64,000 nt of DNA from an uncultured Collinsella sp. (GTDB taxonomy: Bacteria > Actinomycetota > Coriobacteriia > Coriobacteriales > Coriobacteriaceae). This document shows, one piece after another, positions 18,498 to 26,973 of the stretch; within the stretch, counting starts at the first letter, position 1, and every line of letters starts with the position of its first letter. The notes below the pieces were generated by a model, which saw nothing but the letters and a program-made list of their open reading frames with translations, had not been told where the DNA came from and ran no database searches. A program made the position numbers and the translations under genes. Location of the stretch: assembly GCA_958450865.1 (NCBI GenBank), contig CAUDNY010000008.1:56748-120747 (forward strand). The letters are read 5' to 3'.

Positions 18498-19376
18498 GTG
18501 TACGATCGACGACTCGAGGCCATATCGGCCGCCGCGGAGCTGGGAAGCTTCTCACGGGCGGCGGCAAAATTGCGCGTGTCGACTCCGGCGCTCGTCAAAC
18601 AGGTGTCGGGATTTGAGGCCGAGTTTGGCATCATGCTGTTCGAACGCTCGCACTCGGGCGTTAAAGTGACGCCGGCCGGCGCCCTGCTGGTGGACGACGC
18701 GCGCTCGATCATGCGGCAGTCCGAGGACGCGCTGCGCCGTGCCAGACGCGCGGCGGGCGATGGCGGTGCCGTGCGTCTGGGCGTGTCGATGATGTGCCCG
18801 GGGCGCCAAACGCTGTCGATGTGGTCGGACATTCACGATCTGGAACCGTCGCTGCGATTTGAGATCGTGCCGGTAAGCGACCTCTATGACGAGCGCGAAT
18901 CCGTCATGCGCAGCCTTGGTCGCGAGGTGGATGTAGTGCAGTCGAGTTTTTCGACCCCACGCTGGGGTGATGCCTGCCAAAAGCTCCGCATCGTTAACGT
19001 GCCGTTTTATATCGACCTGCCGCGTACGAGCCCGCTGGCGCGCAAGACGCGCATCACGGTTGCCGACTTAGAGGGCATGCGCCTGCGCGTGCTCCGTCAC
19101 GGCAACGACGCAATGGACAGTCTGCGCATCGACCTTCTGGCCGACGGCGGCGTTGACGTGATCGACGTGGACAGCTTTGACTTTGCGCTCTTTAACGAGG
19201 CGGAGGAAAAGGGCGACGCGGTGCTCACCTGCGGAGCGTGGTCGGGGGTGCACCCAGCCTTTGTGGGCGTGCCGTTCCTGTGCGGCCGCGAGGTGCCGGT
19301 CTTTCTGCACTACCCGCTCGAGCCCACCCTCCAAGTCCAAAAATTCGTCAACGCTATGGCACAACTTCTCAAATAG
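18498..19376 (+). CDS. LysR-family transcriptional regulator (start may be 18468)
   Basis: HTH LEAISAAAELGSFSRAAAKLRVSTPALVKQV. Divergent from the SDR operon. Confidence 0.8.
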   Translation: MYDRRLEAISAAAELGSFSRAAAKLRVSTPALVKQVSGFEAEFGIMLFERSHSGVKVTPAGALLVDDARSIMRQSEDALRRARRAAGDGGAVRLGVSMMCPGRQTLSMWSDIHDLEPSLRFEIVPVSDLYDERESVMRSLGREVDVVQSSFSTPRWGDACQKLRIVNVPFYIDLPRTSPLARKTRITVADLEGMRLRVLRHGNDAMDSLRIDLLADGGVDVIDVDSFDFALFNEAEEKGDAVLTCGAWSGVHPAFVGVPFLCGREVPVFLHYPLEPTLQVQKFVNAMAQLLK

Positions 19377-19495
19377 CTATCGTGTCGATGATTCTTTAAT
19401 CCCCGTCCTAGAAAAATCATCTGGTAGAGTTGACCTCACGTGAATTTCAGCACACTGTGTGCTACCTGCACTTTTGTCATTTGAGGAGTGAACTT

Positions 19496-20587
19496 GTGAA
19501 TGCTTCTGTCGCCAAGAAAGCCAGTCGGGCGATGCGCCTGCTCATGATGGTGCTCACGGCAGTTCTCATCTTCTTCTTCATTAATGTTATGCTGCTCGTC
19601 TCCGATATCCAGGGCACGGCGCGCGTGGTCAACTACGCCGGTCTGGTGCGCGGTACCACGCAGCGAATCGTTAAGCTCGAGGACGCGGGCCAGCCTCAAG
19701 ATGACCTGCTCAAAGCCGTGGATTCATACATCAACGGTTTGCGTTACGGAAGTGACGACCTCAACCTCGTCCGTCTCGACGACGATGAGTATCAGGCAAA
19801 GATGACCGAGCTTGCAAATTATTATGATGAGCTTTGCGCCGAGATTAGCCGCGTGCGCGAAGTCGGCTACGAGAGCACCGACATCATCTCCATGAGCGAG
19901 GAGTTCTTTGGCATTTGCGACGATGCTACGCGACTCGCAGAGGACTACTCTCAGGAGAAGGCGTCGGCGCTCAACTATCTCGAGGGCTTGGTGATCATCG
20001 ACATCGTGGGCTTGGTGGCGACCTTTGCGGTCGAACTTGTTCGCGCGGTGCGCACTGCCGCGCTCAACCGCGAGCTGCAGAGCAAAGTCTATCTCGACGA
20101 AGCCACGGGACTGCCCAACAAGAACAAGTGCGAGGAGATCTTGGGGCAGGAGCGGCCTGTCTCCGCGGAGGCGCCCGTTGCGGTGTGCGTCTTCGACCTT
20201 AACAATCTGCATACGGTCAATAACAACTTCGGCCACGAGAAGGGCGACGAATACATCCGTTCTTTTGCCCAGCAGCTGGGGTGCGTGGCGTCCGAGACCT
20301 GCTTTGTGGGCCGCGACGGTGGCGATGAGTTTATCGCGGTGCTGCGGGATGCCGATCGAGCTGCCGTGGAGTCCTGTCTCGCTCGGGTTCGTGCGAACGT
20401 GAACGAGTATTCCGAGGCTCACCCCGACATGCCTATCAGCTATGCGGTGGGCTACGCGCTTTCCAGTGATTTTGACGAACCGCCTACGATGCGCGAGCTC
20501 TTTTCCCAGGCCGACAAAAACATGTACATCGACAAGAACCGCGTAAAGACAGCTGAGGCAGCCGGGCTGCAACGCGAGGAACGGTAA
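19496..20587 (+). CDS. diguanylate cyclase (GGDEF) with membrane-anchored PilJ/NarX-like N-terminal sensor
   Basis: GTG at 19496 after GAGGAG. VNYAGLVRGTTQRIVKL P-box-like sensor. Catalytic RDGGDEFIAV. Confidence 0.8.
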   Translation: MNASVAKKASRAMRLLMMVLTAVLIFFFINVMLLVSDIQGTARVVNYAGLVRGTTQRIVKLEDAGQPQDDLLKAVDSYINGLRYGSDDLNLVRLDDDEYQAKMTELANYYDELCAEISRVREVGYESTDIISMSEEFFGICDDATRLAEDYSQEKASALNYLEGLVIIDIVGLVATFAVELVRAVRTAALNRELQSKVYLDEATGLPNKNKCEEILGQERPVSAEAPVAVCVFDLNNLHTVNNNFGHEKGDEYIRSFAQQLGCVASETCFVGRDGGDEFIAVLRDADRAAVESCLARVRANVNEYSEAHPDMPISYAVGYALSSDFDEPPTMRELFSQADKNMYIDKNRVKTAEAAGLQREER

Positions 20588-20607
20588 GCTTGTAACAAAG
20601 GGCATAG

Positions 20608-20645
20608 AAAAGCCTCCGCAGCTCGTGTGGCTGCGGAGGCTTTAT
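20608..20645. terminator. bidirectional terminator (GGDEF / ABC exporter convergent)
   Basis: AAAA gcctccgcagc - 7 nt - gctgcggaggc TTT. Confidence 0.75.
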
Positions 20646-20649
20646 TCGT

Positions 20650-20766
20650 TGCGGCGCATTGTGTTTGGGTCGTTGAGATGAGTCGATTTGCCCCGAAAGA
20701 GGAGGGCATTGACCTTAGGGTCATGCCCGACGAATGAGCAGCAAATCGGCCATCTCGGCGGGCCGA
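20650..20766 (-). repeat. structured intergenic element, degenerate copy E (reverse orientation, lacks module 1)
   Basis: The reverse complement reads cccgccgagatggccgatttgc...gggcatgaccctaaggtcaatgccc...ggcaaatcgactcatctc. Same architecture as the copies at 25089, 42400 and 48406. Starts right after the stop of the minus-strand ABC gene. Confidence 0.45.
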
Positions 20767-20767
20767 A

Positions 20768-22687
20768 CTACTCCAGCTCAAACGCTCCGGTATAGAGCTG
20801 GTAGTAATACCCGCGCTTGGCGATCAGCTCGTCGTGGTTGCCGCGCTCGATGATGCGGCCGTGGTCCAGGCAGATGATCGCGTCGGAGTTGCGCACGGTG
20901 GACAGGCGGTGCGCGATGACAAATGTCGTGCGGCCCTCCATGAGCTTGTCCATGCCGGCCTGCACGATAGCCTCGGTGCGGGTGTCAATGCTCGACGTGG
21001 CCTCGTCCAGAATCATTGCCGGCGGATCGGCGACGGCAGCGCGTGCGATTGAAATCAGCTGGCGCTGGCCCTGCGACAGCTGCGCGCCGTTGCCGGTGAG
21101 CATGGTGTCGTAGCCGTCGGGCAGGCGGGTGATAAAGTCGTCGGCGCCCGCGAGCTTGGCCGCCGCGATGCACTCCTCGTCGGTAGCGTCCAGGTTGCCG
21201 TAGCGGATGTTATCCATCACGGTGCCGGTGAACAGGTTCACGTCCTGCAGCACCACGCCCAGCGAGCGGCGCAGATCGGCCTTGCGGATCTTGTTGACGT
21301 TGATGCCGTCGTAGCGGATCTTGCCGTCGGCGATGTCATAGAAACGGTTGATGAGGTTGGTGATGGTCGTCTTACCGGCACCGGTGGCGCCGACAAACGC
21401 GACCTTCTGGCCCGGCTTGGCAAACACGGACACGCCGTGCAGCACCTCGTGGTCGGGCGTGTAGCCAAAGTCGACGTTGTCCATGACCAGGTCGCCACGC
21501 AGTGGCACGTACTCGACCTCGCCGGTTGCACGGTGCGGATGTTTCCACGCCCACATGCCGGTGTGGTGGTCGGCCTCCTCGAGCTGCCAGGTATCGGGGT
21601 TGACCTGCGCGTTGACGAGCGTCACATAGCCTTCGTCGGCTTCGGGCTCCTCGTCGATGAGCTCAAAGATACGGTCGGCGCCGGCGAGGCCCATGACCAC
21701 GGCGTTGATCTGCTGCGAGATCTGACCGATCTGTCCGCAGAACTGTTTGGTCATGTTGAGGAACGGCACCACGACGGCGATGGACAGCGCCATGCCCGAG
21801 ATGCTCAGGTTGGGCACGCCCAGTGCCAGGAAAATGCCGCCGGCAAGGGCCACCAGCACGTAGAGCAGGTTGCCCAGGTTCATAAGGATGGGCATGAGGA
21901 TGTTGGCGTACATGTTGGCCTTCTGCGAGACCTCGAAGAGCTTTTCGTTGCGCTCGTCAAAATCGGCCTCGGCGGCAGACTCGTGGCAGAATGCCTTGAC
22001 GACCTTCTGGCCGTTCATGACTTCCTCGATATGGCCCTCGACCACGCCGAGCTCGGTCTGCTGCGCAATGAAGAAGCGCGCGGAGTTGGAGCCGAGCAGC
22101 TTGGTCATAAAGGTCATAAAGGCGACGCCGGCCACAATGACCAGGCACATCCACACGCTGTAGTACAGCATGATAAAGAACACCGTGACGATGACGATAG
22201 TCGTCATGAGCAGGTTGGGCAGCGACTGGCTGATCATCTGGCGCAGCGTGTCGATGTCGTTGGTGTAGTGGCTCATGATGTCGCCGCGCTGGTGCGTGTC
22301 GAAGTAGCGAATCGGCAGGTCCTGCATGCGGTTGAACATCTTCTCGCGCAGCTTCTCGAGCGAGCCCTGCGTGACGATGGCCATGGCGCGGTTCCAGAAC
22401 AGCGAGGATAGGATGCCGACGCCGTAGATGCAGGCGAGGGTGGTCACGAGCTGTGCGATCTTGGGCTGTGCGGCTTCCCAATCGCCCGACTGCCACGATT
22501 CGCTAATAATCTGCAGGGCGCTCTGAAGGAAGGTCGCGCCGATGGAGTTGATGATGGCGCAGAGCACCACGCCGACGACGACGAGGGGCAAAAGCACGGG
22601 GTAGAAGCCAAAGAGCGTCTTGATGAGGCGCGACATGGTGCCGCCCTTGCGGTTGAGAGCGCGCTCGGCGGTCGTTGCCTTACTCAT
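20768..22687 (-). CDS. ABC exporter, fused permease/ATPase (heterodimer partner B)
   Basis: ATG at 22687 overlaps the upstream stop (ATGAGTAA). Walker A GATGAGKTT, signature LSQGQRQ, Walker B ILDEATS. Confidence 0.85.
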   Translation of the reverse strand: MSKATTAERALNRKGGTMSRLIKTLFGFYPVLLPLVVVGVVLCAIINSIGATFLQSALQIISESWQSGDWEAAQPKIAQLVTTLACIYGVGILSSLFWNRAMAIVTQGSLEKLREKMFNRMQDLPIRYFDTHQRGDIMSHYTNDIDTLRQMISQSLPNLLMTTIVIVTVFFIMLYYSVWMCLVIVAGVAFMTFMTKLLGSNSARFFIAQQTELGVVEGHIEEVMNGQKVVKAFCHESAAEADFDERNEKLFEVSQKANMYANILMPILMNLGNLLYVLVALAGGIFLALGVPNLSISGMALSIAVVVPFLNMTKQFCGQIGQISQQINAVVMGLAGADRIFELIDEEPEADEGYVTLVNAQVNPDTWQLEEADHHTGMWAWKHPHRATGEVEYVPLRGDLVMDNVDFGYTPDHEVLHGVSVFAKPGQKVAFVGATGAGKTTITNLINRFYDIADGKIRYDGINVNKIRKADLRRSLGVVLQDVNLFTGTVMDNIRYGNLDATDEECIAAAKLAGADDFITRLPDGYDTMLTGNGAQLSQGQRQLISIARAAVADPPAMILDEATSSIDTRTEAIVQAGMDKLMEGRTTFVIAHRLSTVRNSDAIICLDHGRIIERGNHDELIAKRGYYYQLYTGAFELE

Positions 22688-24494
22688 GTGCCTCGCCTCC
22701 TTCCTGGGTCTGAGCTTGCGTTGCGGATGCCTCGGTGTCGGCCTCGACGGCTCCTTCGCCCTCGGCAGACATCTTGTTTTGCGAGGTAAAGGTCTCGCGG
22801 TAGATCTCGCTTGTCTTAAGCAGCTCGTCATGGTTGCCGATCTGCGCGATGCGGCCACCCTCCATGACGATGATGCGGTCTGCGTCCTGCACGGAGCTAA
22901 TGCGCTGGGCGATGATGAGCTTGGTCGTGTTGGGCAGATAGCTTGCCAACCCTGCGCGAATCTTGGCGTCGGTCTTGGTGTCGACGGCGCTGGTGGAGTC
23001 GTCCAGGATCAAGATCTTGGGGCGACGCAGCAGGGCACGCGCAATGCACAGGCGCTGCTTCTGACCGCCGGAAACATTGGAGCCGCCCTGTTCGATCCAG
23101 GTGTCATAGCCCTTGGGGAAGCCATCGACAAACTCGTCGGCGCAGGCCAGATGCGCTGCCTCGCGGACCTCCTCGTCGGTGGCGTTCGGGTCGCCCCAGC
23201 GCAGATTCTCGGCGATGGTGCCGCTAAACAGCACGTTTTTCTGTAGCACCATAGCGACCTGGTGGCGCAGCGCGTCCAAGTCGTAGTCGCGCACGTCCAT
23301 GCCGCCTACGCGCACGGTGCCTTCGGTGGCGTCGTACAGGCGGGCGATGAGGTTTACGAGCGTGGACTTGGCCGAACCGGTGCCGCCGATGATGCCGATG
23401 GTCTCGCCGCTCTTAATGTGCAGGTCGATATCGTCGAGCGCCTGGCGCTTCGCATGCGCGGAATACTTAAAGCTCACGTGGTCAAAGTCGATGGAACCGT
23501 CGACAACCTCGAGCACGGGCTCGGCGGGATTGGCGATCGTGGGCTCGGCGGCCAACACCTCGGTAATGCGGTGCGCCGATTCGTCGGCCATGGTCACCAT
23601 GACAAAGATCATCGACAGCTGCATCAGGCTCATGAGGATCTGGAACCCATAGGTAAAGATCGAGGAGAGCTGGCCCACGTCGAACAGCGTGCCCTGGCTC
23701 GTGATGATGAGCTTGGAGCCCAGGTAGATGATGACGACAAACGCGCCGTTGACGCAGATGTTCATCATGGGGTTGTTAAAGGCGAGCAGCTTCTCGGCGC
23801 GGGTGAAGTCCATCTGAACGTCGCGCGCGGCGGTCGCGAACTTCTCCTTCTCAAAGTCTTCGCGCACATAGCTCTTTACCACGCGCATGCCGGTGACGTT
23901 TTCCTCGACGGACTCGTTAAGGGCGTCGTACTTGTGGAACACACGCGAGAAGATGGGGCGCACCTTAAAGATGATAAAGAACAGTCCAAAGCCCAGCAGC
24001 GGAATGATGACCAGGTAGACCATGGCGACGCTGCCGCCCATGATAAACGCCATGGTAAAGGCGAAGATCAAGACCAGCGGCGCGCGCACGGCGATACGGA
24101 TGATCATCATAAAGGCCTGCTGCACGTTGTTGATGTCGGTGGTCAGGCGCGTGACGAGCGAGGAGCTCGAGAACTCATCGATGTTGGCAAAGCTGAACGT
24201 CTGGATCTTGTAGAACAGGTCGTGACGCAGGTTCTTGGCAAAGCCGCAACTCGCATGGCTGCAGGTGACGCCGGCAGCGGCGCCAAAAGCAAGGGATGTC
24301 AGCGCGATGAGCACCAAAAAGCCTGCGGTGGGAAGCATCTCGGCTACGGTGGCGCCGTCTTTGATGGCGTCGATCAGGTTGGCGGTGATAAATGGAATCA
24401 GCATCTCGCAGAGCACCTCGCCAAGCACGAGCAATGGCGTGGCAATAGTGACTTTCATATAGTCGCGGATGCTGCCCATGAGGGTTTTAATCAT
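22680..24494 (-). CDS. ABC exporter, fused permease/ATPase (heterodimer partner A)
   Basis: Walker A GGTGSAKST, signature VSGGQKQR, Walker B LILDDSTS. Six N-terminal TM helices. Confidence 0.85.
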   Translation of the reverse strand: MIKTLMGSIRDYMKVTIATPLLVLGEVLCEMLIPFITANLIDAIKDGATVAEMLPTAGFLVLIALTSLAFGAAAGVTCSHASCGFAKNLRHDLFYKIQTFSFANIDEFSSSSLVTRLTTDINNVQQAFMMIIRIAVRAPLVLIFAFTMAFIMGGSVAMVYLVIIPLLGFGLFFIIFKVRPIFSRVFHKYDALNESVEENVTGMRVVKSYVREDFEKEKFATAARDVQMDFTRAEKLLAFNNPMMNICVNGAFVVIIYLGSKLIITSQGTLFDVGQLSSIFTYGFQILMSLMQLSMIFVMVTMADESAHRITEVLAAEPTIANPAEPVLEVVDGSIDFDHVSFKYSAHAKRQALDDIDLHIKSGETIGIIGGTGSAKSTLVNLIARLYDATEGTVRVGGMDVRDYDLDALRHQVAMVLQKNVLFSGTIAENLRWGDPNATDEEVREAAHLACADEFVDGFPKGYDTWIEQGGSNVSGGQKQRLCIARALLRRPKILILDDSTSAVDTKTDAKIRAGLASYLPNTTKLIIAQRISSVQDADRIIVMEGGRIAQIGNHDELLKTSEIYRETFTSQNKMSAEGEGAVEADTEASATQAQTQEGGEAHE

Positions 24495-24990
24495 CCAGTT
24501 CCTCCCAGGTTACACGGATTTTCTCGAGCATTTCGGCGAGCTGCTCGCGCTCGTCGTGGGTGAGCGCGCTAAAGGCCTGTTTTCTAAAGCGGATGCGGGC
24601 CGCCTGGTCGATGCGGGCGTTTTCTCGGCCGGTTTCGGTCAGGCGAATGGTGAGTTGCCGTCGATCCTTGGGGTTACGGCTGCGCTCGATGAGGCCGTTG
24701 ACCTCGAGCTTGGACAGGATCTCGGAAAGCGACCCCGGTTTGAGGTCAAAGTGCATGCCGAGTTCCTGCTGCGACATCTCGCCGCCGGGCTGCTTGGCCA
24801 GCAGGCAGATGATGGGCGCCTTGCCGGACACGCCTCCGCCATGAAAATGCATGTAATGGCCGCAAAAGCCCAGGCCGCTCAGGATGCGCTTGGCGAGTTT
24901 GTCTTCAGCGCTGACCGCTTCGGGTATGCCTACCGGTTGCGACGGGTCACCGCCGGGCTCATGCGGAAGGACGAGTGCTTCAACACACAT
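24487..24990 (-). CDS. MarR-family transcriptional regulator (first gene of the exporter operon)
   Basis: Winged HTH MSQQELGMHFDLKPGSLSEILSKLEVNGLIERSRNPKDRRQLTIRLT. 8-nt overlap with the ABC gene start. Confidence 0.8.
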   Translation of the reverse strand: MCVEALVLPHEPGGDPSQPVGIPEAVSAEDKLAKRILSGLGFCGHYMHFHGGGVSGKAPIICLLAKQPGGEMSQQELGMHFDLKPGSLSEILSKLEVNGLIERSRNPKDRRQLTIRLTETGRENARIDQAARIRFRKQAFSALTHDEREQLAEMLEKIRVTWEELDD

Positions 24991-25011
24991 ATCTAAGCTT
25001 CGCTCCTTTCC

Positions 25012-25047
25012 TTAGTTAGGTAGAGAAATTGTTTTGTGCCTAACTAA
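25012..25047. promoter_or_regulatory. inverted repeat TTAGTTAGG-N18-CCTAACTAA just upstream of marR; candidate MarR operator
   Basis: Perfect 9-bp arms read directly, about 20 nt upstream of the marR start codon. Confidence 0.4.
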
Positions 25048-25088
25048 TTTAGGAGCGCATAGATTGATTGTCAAGGTACCAAACTAGT

Positions 25089-25262
25089 GGTTACGCGGTT
25101 TTACCAAACCGCGTAACGGCTCGACGCTGCAAACCCGCCAGAGCGGCAATCTGCCTTTCAGCTTCGGCGGCATGACCAGAAGGTCAATGCCGCCTCGTTT
25201 CAAGGCACCTTGCTCGCTCTGGCGGGTTTTCGCTGACTTCGCCAAAACATCGGCGTTGCCCT
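25089..25262 (+). repeat. structured intergenic element, copy A
   Basis: Hairpin ggttacgcgg-ttttaccaaa-ccgcgtaac, then cgacgctgcaaacccgccagagcggcaat, central hairpin ggcggcat-gaccagaaggtca-atgccgcc, closing cgctctggcggg, then gccaaaacatcggcgtt. Confidence 0.7.
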
Positions 25263-25270
25263 TGTTGGGA

Positions 25271-25326
25271 TAGTCGTTGGGGACGTTCTTGTTTGACTAG
25301 TCATTTAAGAACGTCCCCAACGACTA
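25271..25326. repeat. perfect 20-bp-arm palindrome (tagtcgttggggacgttctt ... aagaacgtccccaacgacta)
   Basis: Read directly; 16-nt spacer. One arm (acgttcccaatgacta) recurs at the 3' end of copy B (42612-42627). Confidence 0.85.
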
Positions 25327-25331
25327 ACTTA

Positions 25332-25483
25332 AAAACTATGCCGAATTACGGGGCTGAATGACGGATTGCCGACCATGCCGAAATTGGTAAAAAGAAAACC
25401 GCAGGTAGAAGGCTCGCTATGATTTGAAAATAAGGGGTGTGGTTGGCTCATTCAGGTTCAGCCCCGTAATTCGGCATAGTTTT
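25332..25483. repeat. inverted-repeat-bounded element (family E, copy 2)
   Basis: Arms aaaactatgccgaattacggggctgaatga / tcattcag(gttcag)ccccgtaattcggcatagtttt. The core is homologous to 14622-14781 in reverse orientation. Confidence 0.6.
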
Positions 25484-25665
25484 GAAATGGCACTGAATAA
25501 GTGGCGGCAAATGAGCCGCAATGAAGCAAGCTAGCCCCTCGTTTCCGAAACCTTTCCGCAACAATTTGCCCTTCGTGCCGCTCGACTCCGCTCGCAACGT
25601 CCCCTGCGCTACACTTAGTCGCACTGTGGCGCTGCTGCGCCGCGCCCGAACCAAGGGAGACCCTC

Positions 25666-26490
25666 ATGAAGAACACTCAGCTGCTGCTGATCAACGATAT
25701 GTGCGGCTACGGCAAGGTCGCACTTTCCGCCATGCTGCCGGTGCTGTCGCACATGGGCTACCGTATCCATAATCTGCCGACGGCGCTCGTTTCCGACACG
25801 CTCAACTACCCCAAGTTCTACATCCACGACACCACCGAGTACGTGCGCCAAAGCCTCGCCATCTGGGAGGAGCTCGGCTTTGAGTTCGACGCTATCTCGA
25901 CCGGATTTATCGTGACCGAGGAAGAGACGCGCATCATCTCGGACTTTTGCCACCGCCGTGCGCAAAAGGGCACCAAGGTGTTCGTCGACCCCATCATGGG
26001 CGACAACGGCAAGCTCTATGCGGGCGTGCCCGAGTCCACGATTGGCCTTATGCGGCATCTGCTGGAGTGCGCAGACTACGCGGTACCCAACTATACCGAG
26101 GCATGCCTGCTCACCGATACGCCTATCGCCGAGCAAATCACGCCCGACGAGGCTCGCGTCCTTGTGGACGCCGTGCGTGAGCTGGGTGCCAAGTCGGTGG
26201 TCATTACGAGCGCCGTAGTCAATGGCACGAACGCGGTTATCGGTTACGACCATGTGGCGGGGGAGTACTTTACGATTCCCTTTGAGCTCATTCCGGTCTA
26301 CTTCCCGGGTACGGGCGACACGTTCTCGGCGGTGCTCGTCGGCCGCGTTATGGCAGGTTGGAGTCTGCAGCGCGCGACGTCCGATGCCATGCGTGTGGTG
26401 GCTGAGCTTATCGAGCGCAATGCCGACCAAGAGGACAAGTCGGCTGGCCTTCCCATCGAGGCCTGCCTGGATGTGATCGACCATGAGTAA
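25666..26490 (+). CDS. pdxK: pyridoxal/pyridoxine/pyridoxamine kinase (PdxK/PdxY ribokinase-fold family)
   Basis: LLINDMCGYGKVALSAMLPVLSHMG N-terminus and PGTGDTFSA anion-hole motif. Confidence 0.8.
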   Translation: MKNTQLLLINDMCGYGKVALSAMLPVLSHMGYRIHNLPTALVSDTLNYPKFYIHDTTEYVRQSLAIWEELGFEFDAISTGFIVTEEETRIISDFCHRRAQKGTKVFVDPIMGDNGKLYAGVPESTIGLMRHLLECADYAVPNYTEACLLTDTPIAEQITPDEARVLVDAVRELGAKSVVITSAVVNGTNAVIGYDHVAGEYFTIPFELIPVYFPGTGDTFSAVLVGRVMAGWSLQRATSDAMRVVAELIERNADQEDKSAGLPIEACLDVIDHE

Positions 26491-26812
26491 TGCTGGCGAG
26501 GGCGGCGTCAAGCCTGCGGGCGAGAACAAGCCGCTCGGCGCGCCGCGGGGCAAGCGTCCGCGCATCCGCGTGAGCTGCGTGGACCAGCTGGGTGTGTGCC
26601 GCTGCCACCATGGTCACAAGCCGGGCGACGTTTTTGACTTTGACCGAGACCGCGGCAAGATGTGCGCCATGGCCTGCCACGTGGGCTTTCCCTATATCGA
26701 TATCCTGCGCTATGGCGGAACCGTGCCTGGCAACGAGCCCGGCACGGCAAAGTTCTGCTGCCCCGAGGTTGATACGCTGAACGTCTGGCTTGCCGAGATT
26801 GTCGACGAGTAG
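26483..26812 (+). CDS. small Cys/His-rich protein, TIGR04076-type
   Basis: CRCHHGHKPGDVFDF...KMCAMACHVGFPYIDILRYGG...KFCCPE pattern. ATG overlaps the pdxK stop (ATGAGTAA). Confidence 0.6.
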   Translation: MSNAGEGGVKPAGENKPLGAPRGKRPRIRVSCVDQLGVCRCHHGHKPGDVFDFDRDRGKMCAMACHVGFPYIDILRYGGTVPGNEPGTAKFCCPEVDTLNVWLAEIVDE

Positions 26813-26813
26813 T

Positions 26814-26937
26814 CGAGCGTGGATTTTCTCCCACCGAGATAATGAGCGTGGATTTTCTCCCGTTTAGGGCGCACTTGAACGCTCAAAGTGGGAGATTTTC
26901 CACGCTCGTTTTTCATGTGGGAGATTATCCACGCTCG
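26814..26937. repeat. four copies of a 19-mer: two direct (26814-26832, 26844-26861) and two inverted (26890-26908, 26919-26937)
   Basis: cgagcgtggattttctccc twice, then gggagatt(t/a)tccacgctcg twice, at 29-30 bp spacing. The inner pair is followed by GTTTTTC. Confidence 0.85.
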
Positions 26938-26973
26938 TTTCGCGCCGAAGGCGTGGCCCGCGGCCTCGCTTGC

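Noticed and set aside
20768-22858. Long N-terminal extensions suggested by the ORF track (this ORF; also 6863-7801, 27481-28422, 31726-33159, 32967-34088, 35854-37419, 38061-38981)
   Set aside because: The extensions are Arg/Pro-rich or run through palindromes, promoters or terminators. Internal starts with RBS and family-typical N-termini were chosen instead.
26814-26937. Possible CRISPR-like array
   Set aside because: There are only four units and half of them are inverted. Spacers of about 11 nt are far too short, and no cas genes are present. I treat it as a palindromic repeat cluster.
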